Source: an uncultured Acidimicrobiia bacterium
GTDB lineage: Bacteria > Acidobacteriota > Terriglobia > Versatilivoradales > Versatilivoraceae
Length of the DNA stretch: 64,000 nucleotides
Direction of reading: 5' to 3'
Assembly: GCA_963786955.1 (NCBI GenBank)
Contig: CAWBAT010000007.1
Span: 169,346 to 233,345, forward strand
Shown here: positions 10,109 through 20,064 of the stretch, piece by piece
Position numbering within the stretch: the first letter of the stretch is position 1
How the letters are laid out: every line of letters starts with the position of its first letter
Notes under the pieces: model-generated
Told to the model about the DNA's origin: nothing
Databases searched by the model: none
Seen by the model: only the letters and a program-made list of their open reading frames with translations
Translations under genes and position numbers: made by a program

Positions 10109-10663
10109 CTACCTCTCAAAGCTCTTTGCTCCAGGCCAGGGACCTGGGGGTAAGTCGGGAAGAGTCTTCCAGGCTCTTTCTTCCTTGAACAGCCGAAATC
10201 CTCTGGACTGATAATTTTTAAGAGCGAATGGGCCATCCAGCGTGCAAGTATGGACCCAGACACGTGACGCGCCCATCTGCCAAGCGCGTCTCACCGCGGA
10301 CGTGAGTAAGGCTCCACCTAGTTTCTTCCCGATGAAAGGTGCCAGCAGACCGAAATAGGCGATTTCGATATTCCGATCTTCCTGCTTCTCCAATTCAAAA
10401 TATCCAGCCACCGAGCCTGAAAGGTAACCTACCCAGGTTTCCAGTTCGGGTCGATTCAGATATTCGAGCCATTGCGAATAGCTCCAGACCAAACGATCTA
10501 TCCAATACCAGTCGCCTCCAACACTCGTATATAAGAAACGGTTCAACTCAGGGCAGGGGATTGCGGCACGCTTAACTTCAAACCCGGCCAAGGGAGGATC
10601 GACCCCACGAAGTTCTGAAGCGCTGAGCATCTCGAGATAGTAGGTAATGACCTCAGTTTTCAT
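10109..10663 (-). CDS. GNAT acetyltransferase
   Basis: IAYFGLL..IGKKLGG, RVWVHTCTLD, NYQSRGF. Confidence 0.88.
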   Translation of the reverse strand: MKTEVITYYLEMLSASELRGVDPPLAGFEVKRAAIPCPELNRFLYTSVGGDWYWIDRLVWSYSQWLEYLNRPELETWVGYLSGSVAGYFELEKQEDRNIEIAYFGLLAPFIGKKLGGALLTSAVRRAWQMGASRVWVHTCTLDGPFALKNYQSRGFRLFKEERAWKTLPDLPPGPWPGAKSFER

Positions 10664-10677
10664 GAATTTGATAACAC

Positions 10678-10770
10678 CTGTGGCGGCGGTCTATGACCGC
10701 CGACCGAAGCAACTGTAGCGGCGCTCTACGTGCGCCGACGAAGCATGGCGGTCATAGACCGCTGCTACAG
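10678..10770. repeat. REP-like cluster, three copies
   Basis: CTGTGGCGGCGGTCTATGACCGCC, CTGTAGCGGCGCTCTACGTGCGCCG and the inverted GGCGGTCATAGACCGCTGCTACAG. Confidence 0.75.
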
Positions 10771-10782
10771 CCGACTAGCTCA

Positions 10783-11778
10783 TTACTGGGTAAATCCCTG
10801 ACAGAGAAATGGCAACGACTCAGACAAGTGGAGGCTCACCAATTCCCAGCCATGAGGCTCATTCGGATGTTCCACAAATGTGTGGGGAACATGCCGTTCG
10901 CTTAACACAGCGTCGAGAGCTTTTATGCTTTGGCCCAAACCCATGATCGCGTTATACCGATCGGCGGTTCCGTAATCAAAATAAATTCTCAATCCTGCTA
11001 GATCCGTGGTCTTGGCCAAATCTAACGGGTTGTTGTTTCGCCATTTATGGAGATCCACCGGATTGCCAAAAATAGGCGTAATCATTTGTGTGAACCAATT
11101 AAACCGGCCGCTATTCTTGGTTTCTTCGGACATGTGCTCGGGTTCGTTCAAGAACACGATAGGAGAATGGGCAGCCGTGGCGGAATATAGATCTTTGTGC
11201 TTAAAAGCGATTTTAAGGGCGCCAAAACCACCCATCGAAGTTCCTCCGATAGCACGCCACTTTGAACCTGTCTTGGCTCGGTAGTTTCTTTCAACGTATT
11301 GGATCAAGTCTTGATCAATGTAATCTTCATAGCGTTTGCTGCCATCGAGGTAGTTCGTGTAAAAACTGTTGTCTCCTTTTGGGTGGACCATCAAGATTTC
11401 AGGAATTTTCTTTTCCAGGATCAGTTGATCTACGGTTTGGTGCAGATGGCCGTAATGATCCACGATCCAACTGGTATGATCATTATTGAGTCCATGGAGG
11501 AAATAAACCACGGGATAGCTTCTCTGGCTCCTGTGGTAGGAAGGGGGAAGGAAAATCGAGTACTCGCGATTTTCTTTCAAGGACGCGCTAGGAAAGCTGC
11601 CAAATACGACTTGAGAACCGCTCGGCAACTGAATAGGGCTTTTGTCTTCGAGTTGTCGTTCGTCTTTAGGACCATCAAGTGATTTCGCGCTGGACTCAAT
11701 CGAGCTGATTTCCCATGTGAATCCAATTGAAAGGCTGATGAATCCGGCGAGGAGTATGCAAGTGCGGAATGATTTCAT
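10783..11778 (-). CDS. Secreted alpha/beta-hydrolase esterase
   Basis: YFLHG, GTSMGG nucleophile elbow, HGW; signal peptide. Confidence 0.88.
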   Translation of the reverse strand: MKSFRTCILLAGFISLSIGFTWEISSIESSAKSLDGPKDERQLEDKSPIQLPSGSQVVFGSFPSASLKENREYSIFLPPSYHRSQRSYPVVYFLHGLNNDHTSWIVDHYGHLHQTVDQLILEKKIPEILMVHPKGDNSFYTNYLDGSKRYEDYIDQDLIQYVERNYRAKTGSKWRAIGGTSMGGFGALKIAFKHKDLYSATAAHSPIVFLNEPEHMSEETKNSGRFNWFTQMITPIFGNPVDLHKWRNNNPLDLAKTTDLAGLRIYFDYGTADRYNAIMGLGQSIKALDAVLSERHVPHTFVEHPNEPHGWELVSLHLSESLPFLCQGFTQ

Positions 11779-11800
11779 ATTTCTTCCCTTCTGGCGTTGC

Positions 11801-11875
11801 TATAGGGGCGAAGCATTCTTCATCCAGCAATAGGTTTTTCCTGACCTGCCGATCAGCGAACGCTTCACCCTTACA
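11801..11875. repeat. GTAG-type REP doublet (degenerate)
   Basis: TATAGGGGCGAAGCATTC ... GAACGCTTCACCCTTACA inverted pair. Confidence 0.65.
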
Positions 11876-12088
11876 ATGATGCTATCCTTTCACTCTTCGT
11901 CACAATACTTAGCATTACCGTGCTGGAGTTTCCATATTAATTTGAGGTTCATGGAGAACTTTTCGTTATAATAGAAATTTTGGGAGACGAGTCAATCAGC
12001 TCAGCTTCCTTACCGCATTTATGATCACGACGAGTTTCCGTTAGAGGGGTTGAATTATTTGCAAGTATCATGGAGTCGATCCAGCGTG

Positions 12089-13483
12089 ATGAATCCAAAG
12101 ACACTTTTTGAAAAGATCTGGGAGGCCCATGTTGTTATGGAGGAGTCGGGGAAGCCTTCCTTGATCTATATCGATCGACACTTGGTCCACGAAGTCACCT
12201 CACCCCAGGCATTTGAGGGTTTGAGGCTGGCCGGAAGGAAGATCCGCAGACCGGATCTGACTTTTGCCACCATGGATCACAATGTGCCGACGACACGGCG
12301 CGGGTCTCCGATCGAAGATCCCATTTCGGCCCAGCAGATCGAGACGCTGGCAGTCAACTGCAGGGAATTTGGCGTCACGTTGTACGATTTGAATAGCCCC
12401 GAGCAGGGGATTGTGCATGTCATCGGTCCTGAACTCGGGCTCACTTTACCTGGGCTCACCCTGGTTTGTGGAGACAGCCACACGTCTACGCATGGGGCTT
12501 TTGGAGTTCTGGCGTTTGGAATTGGAACCAGTGAAGTGGAACATGTTCTCGCGACCCAATGCCTGCTTCAGGAAAGGCCCAAGACTTTTCTCATTCAGGT
12601 GGAGGGGCAAAGACCTTACGGTGTCGAGGCAAAGGATATCATTCTTTCCGTTATCGGGCGGATTGGGACAGGCGGGGGAATGGGGTACGTGATCGAATAC
12701 GCCGGAGAGGCCATCCGCAACCTCAGCATGGAAGAGCGAATGACTGTCTGCAACATGTCGATTGAGGGAGGTGCAAGGGCCGGCATGGTTGCCCCCGACC
12801 AGAAGACCTTTGATTATCTGCGAGGGCGGCGATTTGCTCCGAAGGACTTTGACGCGGCCGTTCAGCGATGGCAGCAGCTGAACAGTGACCCGGGGGCTAT
12901 CTTTGATCGGACTTTGGAAATGAAAGCTTCCGAACTTACTCCTCAGGTTACCTGGGGAACTAATCCGGGACAGGTGATTTCAGTGGATGCCCGAGTGCCT
13001 AGACCTTCAGACTTCTCTGACCCGAATTCCCGTAGGTCCGCCGAGCATGCCCTGGAATACATGGGTTTGAAACCAGGAACCCCGATCACGGAGATCCCCA
13101 TTGATCGTGTGTTCATTGGTTCCTGTACGAATTCCCGCTTGGAGGATCTACGCGCGGTTGCTCGTTTTATTGCGGGGAAAAAGGTTTCTGGCAAGGTCTA
13201 TGCCATGGTTGTTCCTGGCTCGCAGGAAGTCAAACGATTGGCAGAGAAAGAAGGGCTGGACCGAATCTTCAAGGAGGCAGGTTTTGATTGGCGTGAGTCC
13301 GGCTGCAGCATGTGCTTGGGAATGAATCCCGATATTCTCAAACCAGGTGAGCGCTGCGCCTCAACCTCGAACCGGAACTTCGAAGGGCGTCAGGGAAAAG
13401 GTGGAAGAACCCATCTCGTTAGCCCGATTATGGCTGCGGCCGCGGCTATCCAGGGACATTTCGTTGATGTCCGGCAATATTAG
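12089..13483 (+). CDS. leuC: 3-isopropylmalate dehydratase large subunit
   Basis: [42 protein letters not shown]. Confidence 0.98.
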   Translation: MNPKTLFEKIWEAHVVMEESGKPSLIYIDRHLVHEVTSPQAFEGLRLAGRKIRRPDLTFATMDHNVPTTRRGSPIEDPISAQQIETLAVNCREFGVTLYDLNSPEQGIVHVIGPELGLTLPGLTLVCGDSHTSTHGAFGVLAFGIGTSEVEHVLATQCLLQERPKTFLIQVEGQRPYGVEAKDIILSVIGRIGTGGGMGYVIEYAGEAIRNLSMEERMTVCNMSIEGGARAGMVAPDQKTFDYLRGRRFAPKDFDAAVQRWQQLNSDPGAIFDRTLEMKASELTPQVTWGTNPGQVISVDARVPRPSDFSDPNSRRSAEHALEYMGLKPGTPITEIPIDRVFIGSCTNSRLEDLRAVARFIAGKKVSGKVYAMVVPGSQEVKRLAEKEGLDRIFKEAGFDWRESGCSMCLGMNPDILKPGERCASTSNRNFEGRQGKGGRTHLVSPIMAAAAAIQGHFVDVRQY

Positions 13484-13505
13484 TTGTGCGCAGGAAGGAG
13501 AAAGA

Positions 13506-14108
13506 ATGGAACCATTTACCAAGCTCAAAGGGGTTGTCGCTTTGCTGGATCTGCCCAATGTCGACACCGATCAGATCATTCCTAAGCAATTCTTGAAGCG
13601 AATCGAACGGACCGGGTTTGGGCAATTTCTCTTTTATGACTGGCGTTTTGTGGATGGAAAGGAATTGAATCGCGAATTTGAAATGAATCAGGAACGTTAT
13701 CGCGGGGCTCAGATTCTGGTGACCCGAGCCAATTTCGGTTGTGGTTCCTCACGCGAACACGCTCCCTGGGCATTGCAGGATTACGGCTTTCGCTGCGTGA
13801 TTGCCCCTTCTTTCGCCGATATCTTCTATAGCAACTGCTTCAAGAACGGGATGTTACCCATTCGTTTGGGAGAAGTTCAGATTGAGGAACTCTTTCAGCG
13901 GGTACGCAAAACTCCAGGATACACTTTGAATGTCGATCTGCAGGGGAATCGAGTCCATTCCGATGATGGATTGGTTTTCCGCTTTGAAGTGGAAGAGTTT
14001 CGGCGTCATTGCCTGCTCAACGGCTTTGATGATATCGGCCTCACCATGCAGAACCAGGATAGCATTCGACAATACGAAGAAACCCACCCCGTAGTGATTC
14101 CCCGCTGA
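13506..14108 (+). CDS. leuD: 3-isopropylmalate dehydratase small subunit
   Basis: [24 protein letters not shown]; AGGAG RBS before ATG 13506. Confidence 0.97.
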   Translation: MEPFTKLKGVVALLDLPNVDTDQIIPKQFLKRIERTGFGQFLFYDWRFVDGKELNREFEMNQERYRGAQILVTRANFGCGSSREHAPWALQDYGFRCVIAPSFADIFYSNCFKNGMLPIRLGEVQIEELFQRVRKTPGYTLNVDLQGNRVHSDDGLVFRFEVEEFRRHCLLNGFDDIGLTMQNQDSIRQYEETHPVVIPR

Positions 14109-14163
14109 GGGCAGCATTTCATCTATTCACTGATCTGTCTTAGGATTGACGCCGTTGGAAAAT

Positions 14164-14206
14164 AAAAAAAGGGCCGAAGAGGGGAATTCTTTTCGGCCCT
14201 TTCTTT
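14164..14206. terminator. Bidirectional intrinsic terminator between leuD and tRNA-Phe
   Basis: A7-GGGCCGAAGA loop TTTTCGGCCC-TTTCTTT. Confidence 0.8.
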
Positions 14207-14254
14207 CCTCTCCGCTTTTGTGGAGCGCAGAGGCTTTTTGAAGGTGGGTTACGA

Positions 14255-14330
14255 TGGTGCCCAGGGACGGAGTTGAACCGCCGACGCCAGCCTTTTCAGG
14301 GCTGCGCTCTACCGCCTGAGCTACCTGGGC
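14255..14330 (-). tRNA. tRNA-Phe(GAA)
   Basis: GCCCAGGTAGCTCAGGCGGTAGAGCGCAGCCCTGAAAAGGCTGGCGTCGGCGGTTCAACTCCGTCCCTGGGCACCA; 76 nt, cloverleaf, encoded CCA. Confidence 0.97.
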
Positions 14331-14363
14331 ACAATCAGGGCTTCCCTTACGGAAAGCGCACGA

Positions 14364-14392
14364 AGTATAGAGAAACTATCCAGGGAGTTCAA
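14364..14392 (-). promoter_or_regulatory. Sigma70 promoter of tRNA-Phe
   Basis: TTGAAC-17 bp-TATACT on the minus strand. Confidence 0.7.
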
Positions 14393-14731
14393 GGGATTTT
14401 TGGTTGCAGCTAGGGATCGCTGCAACTCCAAGCGCAGAGGGGGGCGGTGTCGACGGCAGACCTAATCGTTTTCGAAGCCCGAAACTATGGTCCAACCGGA
14501 GGACCTCAGTTTCATGATGAAGTGTTCTCTAACTCTCAGCGAGCGCTACAGTTTCTGCTCAATCCTTGCTGTCGCTTCGAAACCAAGCCGACTGATGCGA
14601 GAGGGCTAACAAAGTAGATAGAACGGGTTTGTTTCAACGGAACATTTCTGAGTCCCCTCTCAGGTGGGGCGGAGAATATGGCCGCCAGGAAGTTTTGACC
14701 CAACAATTTTCGCTATGCGGGAGGATCACTA

Positions 14732-17014
14732 ATGACCGCTAGAATGACTCGCCGTCATTTTCTGGAGACTGGGACGGCCGGCATGCTCGCCGGCGTGATC
14801 GGAGCCTCAAAAGACCGCATTCAAGCATCAGAAGGTTCAACCAAACCAGCTTCCACGGCTCCCAGTTTCGAAGACTACGCTACGATTGAGGCCTCTTGTA
14901 ATGGGTTTCCGGTCTATTCCCTTGGCAACATCGCCTATATTTATGCGGTGAGCCCAGACCTGTACCCGGGGACCATCATGCAAGAGGGCAACACCAACCC
15001 CCAGGTCAAGATCAAGCCGAAAAAGTCTTGGGAGATTAAGCGCAATCCTTTTGGTGTGACGATAGCCGAACCGGGCCCGCGGACGATGTGGAACGACAAT
15101 CAGTCTATGCTGCCCATCCACCTAATCGACGGCGACCCGGATACGGCTTGGAGCAGTTACGGCAGCCAAGTGCCCGACGAACGCCCGGAATGGATCCGAA
15201 TCGATCTGCCAATGGAATCGATCGTAAAAGCGGTCAGTCTGGTTTGTAGCCAGGATTTCGCAGGAGCGAAGTTGTGGGAAGAAGGTAAGCTTATTGACAT
15301 CCAGGACTACCACAAGTGGGCGGGCAGAGCTTTGCCGAACGAACTGACTATCGAGACAAGCCGCGATGCCTGGCACTGGGAAGTGGCTTACGAGACCAAG
15401 AACTTCTCCGGAAACGAATCGGGGCCGGCGGTAATCGAGTTCGAACCCACCGATAAGAACGCCAACAAGCCCAGAATTATTCAGTCCCAAAAAGGCGCGA
15501 CGGTGATCGAGTTCAAGCCCCGCGCAGCCAAGCAAGTCCGCATTACCGGCCGTAATTTCAAACGCAGACTCGACAAGTATGTCGGGTACGCATTCTCGAT
15601 TGGCGAAGTGGAGGTGTGGGACTCAGGCGGACAGAACGTGGCGTTGCTGTCCCGCGGAGCTGGCGTGACCGTGTCCTCGACGTCTTACTTGATGAACCAC
15701 GATCGCCTTACTCAGAACTTCCTCTTTGGCCCAGTGGAGTACGACCTCGGGCTCAAATACATCCGGATTGGCGCAGATAACGGGCTGCTCACGTGGAACT
15801 CCGTCGAACGCGAGAAAGGGAAGATGGAGGTTGACCCTGTAGCTGAGCAGACGGTGACGGAGTTGCATCGCAATGGTATTACCGTGATTCTGAATCTCGA
15901 TGTCAAAGCCAATTTCGTTTACAAGGGGCGGAAATTGGACTGGAGTCAGGTGCGCACGCGGGAGATCAACAACATTTACTATGACCATCCTGGCTGGTGC
16001 TGGGAGACGCCGAAGATGTTCGAAGGCTACCTGCATTATGTGGATTTCATGGTGCGCCACTTCAAGGACCGGGTCGGCTACTGGGAGATCGGCAATGAGT
16101 GGGCTGGCCCCAGAGATGTTTACGAGCGGGCGGTTCGCGGGATCAAGAAAATCGACCCCAATGCACGGATCATGGTCGGTGTCGGCAGGATGTCCCAGTT
16201 CCGGGAAACGCTGGAGAAATGGGTCAAAGAAATTCCCCAAGAGGACTTACCTCTGCTGATGCCGGATGCCGTCGGGTCCCATCCGGGTACGCGGGTGGAT
16301 GCCGGGCTCACCTTGGACGACCTCCACTCCTTTTATTGGCAGGAAAACAGGACGGCCATAAAGGAATGCAATGCGCTTGGCTTCAAGGGCCGGTATATTG
16401 CCAGCGAGGTTTATAGCTGGTGTTTATATCCGCCTGGCCCACGTGAACTCAATAGAGATGAGCCGCGGTATGCCAACTACTACGGAGAATCTGAGATCGT
16501 CCGGGCCAAGTATCTGGCTCAAAACCTAGTCGGCCATGCAGGTCTGAACATGCTGGCGTTCCAGTGCAATACTTATTTCGTTTCAGCCTCAGTTGGCCAA
16601 TCCCTGTTTCGTGTTCCTGTTCCTTCGCAGACGATTAACGCCGTGCAACCCGATGCCGGCTACTACACGTTACGAACCCTCAGCACTGTGCTGGATGATT
16701 GGACCGGCGTCTCCTTCCCTGTAAAGTTCAGCAGCGGCGACAAGTTTGAGACGTTTACATTGAAACGTGGTGACGGGGAGTTGATGGTGGCGGCGTGGCT
16801 TCCCGGGAACACGACTGACGGGGTTGTAGAAGCAACTACGGACGTGACGCTGCCTGGAGTAAGCGCAAAGGAGGCTTGGGTGATCGACGTTCTGAACGGC
16901 ACGGAGCAGAAACTGATTTTCACTACCGACCAGGGCGACACTGTAATCAGGAGACTCAGGATTAAGGATTACCCAACGCTGCTTCGGTTAACCCCGTGTG
17001 GCCAAAAAACTTAA
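14732..17014 (+). CDS. Tat-exported discoidin (F5/8 type C) + clan GH-A glycoside hydrolase-like protein
   Basis: TRRHFLE leader; LIDGDPDTAW..WIRIDL..VRI..EVEV; WEIGNE and IASE candidate catalytic Glu residues. Confidence 0.7.
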   Translation: MTARMTRRHFLETGTAGMLAGVIGASKDRIQASEGSTKPASTAPSFEDYATIEASCNGFPVYSLGNIAYIYAVSPDLYPGTIMQEGNTNPQVKIKPKKSWEIKRNPFGVTIAEPGPRTMWNDNQSMLPIHLIDGDPDTAWSSYGSQVPDERPEWIRIDLPMESIVKAVSLVCSQDFAGAKLWEEGKLIDIQDYHKWAGRALPNELTIETSRDAWHWEVAYETKNFSGNESGPAVIEFEPTDKNANKPRIIQSQKGATVIEFKPRAAKQVRITGRNFKRRLDKYVGYAFSIGEVEVWDSGGQNVALLSRGAGVTVSSTSYLMNHDRLTQNFLFGPVEYDLGLKYIRIGADNGLLTWNSVEREKGKMEVDPVAEQTVTELHRNGITVILNLDVKANFVYKGRKLDWSQVRTREINNIYYDHPGWCWETPKMFEGYLHYVDFMVRHFKDRVGYWEIGNEWAGPRDVYERAVRGIKKIDPNARIMVGVGRMSQFRETLEKWVKEIPQEDLPLLMPDAVGSHPGTRVDAGLTLDDLHSFYWQENRTAIKECNALGFKGRYIASEVYSWCLYPPGPRELNRDEPRYANYYGESEIVRAKYLAQNLVGHAGLNMLAFQCNTYFVSASVGQSLFRVPVPSQTINAVQPDAGYYTLRTLSTVLDDWTGVSFPVKFSSGDKFETFTLKRGDGELMVAAWLPGNTTDGVVEATTDVTLPGVSAKEAWVIDVLNGTEQKLIFTTDQGDTVIRRLRIKDYPTLLRLTPCGQKT

Positions 17015-17146
17015 AGCGACCGTTCCACCGGTCCTCAATCTATGGTTACTCCATACTCCGGTCCCAACTAATCAGCGAGCCTTCCTATTTGGCGACAGGT
17101 GGTCTATCATTCCAAAAGAGGCGGTACGAATACGCCTCCAAGTTCG

Positions 17147-17902
17147 ATGATTAGACCCTATCGATGGCTGGCCCAGTATTACGACGAGCTCTTTTCGTCT
17201 CTTCGACTCCCGATCAATTCGGCGCGGGAGAGAGTACTGGGCCGGATCTTGCCCCACGTTGAAACCGCCTGCGATCTGGCGTGCGGCACGGGAACGACTG
17301 CTCTGATCCTGGCCCGCAGGGGGATCAAAACCTACGCTGTGGATCTATCCCCGCTGATGTGCCGACTTGCCCGCGAGAAGGCTCGTCGCGCCCGCCTGTC
17401 TGTACAGGTACTTCGAGGTGACATGAGGAGTTTTCAGCTTCCGGAATCAGTGGATCTCATTACTTGCGAATTCGATGCGCTCAATCATGTGCCGCGCCGA
17501 GCCGACTTGCGGAAAGTGGCGAAAGCCGTGGGTCGAGCACTGCGGCCCGGCGGGCACTTTTTCTTCGATGTCAACAACTCCCTTGGATTTCAGCGCTACT
17601 GGTCGGGTACCGTCTGGTTCGAGAATCCGGGCGTGGCGGTCGTGATGCGCAATGGCCATAATGGGCAAGCTGACAGGGCTTGGATCGATATTGAATGGTT
17701 CATCCGGGACGGAAGCTGCTGGCGCCGGCATTACGAACGCGTGGAAGAGGTCTGCTGGGATTCTGACGAGATCCGTCGTATTTTCTTAGCGACAGGCTTT
17801 GACCAGCTGCGTGGCTGGGATGCAGCTCCCTTCTTTAAGAACAATCCTCTGATCGGTCGTGGTTGCCGCACAATTTATCTGGCCCATAAATCCCGAGCCT
17901 GA
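17147..17902 (+). CDS. Class I SAM-dependent methyltransferase
   Basis: DLACGTG, VDLS, GDMRSF, LRPGGHFFFD; start uncertain (17099 GTG is an alternative). Confidence 0.88.
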   Translation: MIRPYRWLAQYYDELFSSLRLPINSARERVLGRILPHVETACDLACGTGTTALILARRGIKTYAVDLSPLMCRLAREKARRARLSVQVLRGDMRSFQLPESVDLITCEFDALNHVPRRADLRKVAKAVGRALRPGGHFFFDVNNSLGFQRYWSGTVWFENPGVAVVMRNGHNGQADRAWIDIEWFIRDGSCWRRHYERVEEVCWDSDEIRRIFLATGFDQLRGWDAAPFFKNNPLIGRGCRTIYLAHKSRA

Positions 17903-18244
17903 AGGCTCCCTGGAATATGACCCTGCCGTAAGGTGGCCGGCGAGGCGTTTCGGTCGCGTTGCATTTTGGCCCACATTGCGGCCGTATAGTCGGGAAACCG
18001 GAGATTGGGAATGGATCGCAAAGAACCGCCAATTGTGGATCGTAGGTGACCAGCAAGGGAATCACCTCAGCCCGGGTCGCACAATCCACGAGATGGGTCC
18101 ACGAAAGCCGCGGAAAGCACGTCAATTTTGGCTACCAGGGGACTACCTTGAAGAATGATGAAACACGAACGGGTGTGACGCTTAGAGAGGATTGTCCCAA
18201 GAACTGATGGCTATTGTACGGAACTAATGCGAATTGAGACGAGG

Positions 18245-18793
18245 TTATTTCTGTTTTGAGGTTTTCCCAATCCAATAGAAAAAGACGATGATCAGGCAAG
18301 CTGGCAAAACGGGACCCCACCAGCCTTTGAAACCTAGTAGGTTGATGACTGAAGGGCCGCCCCAGGCGACTAAAGCGAGGATGAGGCCGGCCCAAGCCAT
18401 CCCGCTAATCAAGCTGAATAGGCTGAAATGCAAGGCCGGAACTCCTGAGTACGCACAGGCGGCGGGGATGGCGATTCGCAACCCTGGTAGAAATCGGGAA
18501 GCCAGTATCATGCTCGTGGCATGTCGCCGAACTTTTTCTACGATCTGCTTGCCTTTGGCCGCGATAGCAGGGAAGCGGTCCAGCAGATGCCAAAAGCGCC
18601 CTCGGCAGACGTAATAGTAAAACTGATCTCCAGCGGAGCCACCGAGAGCCCCTGCGGCAAAAACCCCCAAAGGATTGAGCTTTCCCAGACCTACCAGGAC
18701 ACTGGCCGCGACAAAGACCACCTCTCCCTCGACGGCGGCAGCAAGAAATATCGCGAAATAGGCAAATATTCCGGGCCAAGTTTCCAAGCTCAT
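18245..18793 (-). CDS. DedA/VTT family membrane protein
   Basis: EGE, GD, SRFLPGLR motifs; overlaps the upstream stop. Confidence 0.88.
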   Translation of the reverse strand: MSLETWPGIFAYFAIFLAAAVEGEVVFVAASVLVGLGKLNPLGVFAAGALGGSAGDQFYYYVCRGRFWHLLDRFPAIAAKGKQIVEKVRRHATSMILASRFLPGLRIAIPAACAYSGVPALHFSLFSLISGMAWAGLILALVAWGGPSVINLLGFKGWWGPVLPACLIIVFFYWIGKTSKQK

Positions 18794-20064
18794 TTCATCC
18801 CTTCTTTGGCAGGAGACATGTTTTGTCCTGAATGTGAAGTGACCGCGGCCCGAACTCTCTCAGCCACAAGAGTAACCTGTGATTCGGAAAGGCTCTCATA
18901 GATCGGGAGCTGCACTGCGTTGGCTGCACGTTCCGCCCCTGTGGCACGGGAATTCGTGCCAAACAAGGGAAGCTGTGTGCAGAGGTCGACGTGCAGCGTC
19001 TCGACGTCAACACCTCGCCGGATGCAGCGTCTCACGAGGTCGTCCCGATCCGGTACGTAGACGCAGTATTGATAGTAAACGTGCTGTCTCTCGGGCGGTA
19101 CCTTGGGAGGCACCACTCCAGGAAGGTCTTTCAGTATCTGGTCCATCATTCGAGCATGCGATTGGGTTCTGCTGGTCCATTCCTCCAGATGCTCCAGCCC
19201 CGCCAGACCCAGGGTTGCCTGAACGTTTGAATACTTCCGAGTGTAGGAACTGGGCAGCGGCGAGAGGGGCTGTATCTTTTCCCACAAGTAGACGTCGGGC
19301 CGTGCGTTCAACCAGGATGCGCCGTAAAGGATAGGGAAGGCGGAGAAAGTAAACGCGGCGGGTCGAGTCAAGATCCTTTGAATTCTCCCCTGGAGAAACC
19401 TTTTCAAAATCTCTTTGGGAAGAGGATCGGGCTCAGCAGTCGCCAAATCAGCTACGCGCTTGGCAAGAGACGACTCTCTTACAACCGCCATCCCTCCACC
19501 GTAAGTGTTTAATGGCTTCAAGGTTTGAAAGCTAAAGAAACTGGCATCACTTAAAGTCCCAACTTTTTGCCCTTTGTAAGTTGCCCCTAGCGAATGAGCG
19601 CAATCCTCAATAACCGCTAATTGTCTTCTTCTCGCAATTGAAAGGATCGAGTCCATGTCACAAGGCAAGCCGTAGAGATGCGTGGGTACAACCGCCACGG
19701 TATCCGCCGTGACAGCACGTTCGAAAGCTTCTGGATCCAAGTTAAACGTCTCCGCATCAATATCGACGAAGACTGGCTTGAAGCCAGCCACTCGCGCCAG
19801 TTCCGGGATAACCCAAAAGGTTAGTGCGGGGAAAATAATCTCGGAACCTGGAGGGAATTGAAACGCCTTGAGGATGTAAAGGAAGGCCATTCGGCCATAA
19901 GAGGTGGCAATGGCATGGCTTCCGCCCAAACGCTTTGCAAAGGCCTTTTCAAATAACGCAATGGAAGGACCTCGGATCAGCTCATCTCGTTTCTTGCACT
20001 CCGCAATGATTTGCTCTGTGTTGGGAATGACTCTCGGGCCATACCGGGAAATTGCCTTCAACAT
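18790..20064 (-). CDS. DegT/DnrJ/EryC1/StrS PLP aminotransferase
   Basis: THLYGLPCDM, EDCAHSLGA, SFQTLKPL..GGGM. Confidence 0.9.
   Translation of the reverse strand: MLKAISRYGPRVIPNTEQIIAECKKRDELIRGPSIALFEKAFAKRLGGSHAIATSYGRMAFLYILKAFQFPPGSEIIFPALTFWVIPELARVAGFKPVFVDIDAETFNLDPEAFERAVTADTVAVVPTHLYGLPCDMDSILSIARRRQLAVIEDCAHSLGATYKGQKVGTLSDASFFSFQTLKPLNTYGGGMAVVRESSLAKRVADLATAEPDPLPKEILKRFLQGRIQRILTRPAAFTFSAFPILYGASWLNARPDVYLWEKIQPLSPLPSSYTRKYSNVQATLGLAGLEHLEEWTSRTQSHARMMDQILKDLPGVVPPKVPPERQHVYYQYCVYVPDRDDLVRRCIRRGVDVETLHVDLCTQLPLFGTNSRATGAERAANAVQLPIYESLSESQVTLVAERVRAAVTSHSGQNMSPAKEGMK

Noticed and set aside
14448-14618. Short GTG-start ORF between the tRNA promoter and the glycosidase
   Set aside because: No similarity recognised; cannot be supported
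14255-17902. Genomic island integrated at tRNA-Phe
   Set aside because: The tRNA 3' end faces leuD with only a terminator between; no integrase or duplicated 3' end seen
17903-18244. Short ORFs or gene remnant after the methyltransferase
   Set aside because: No recognisable family motif
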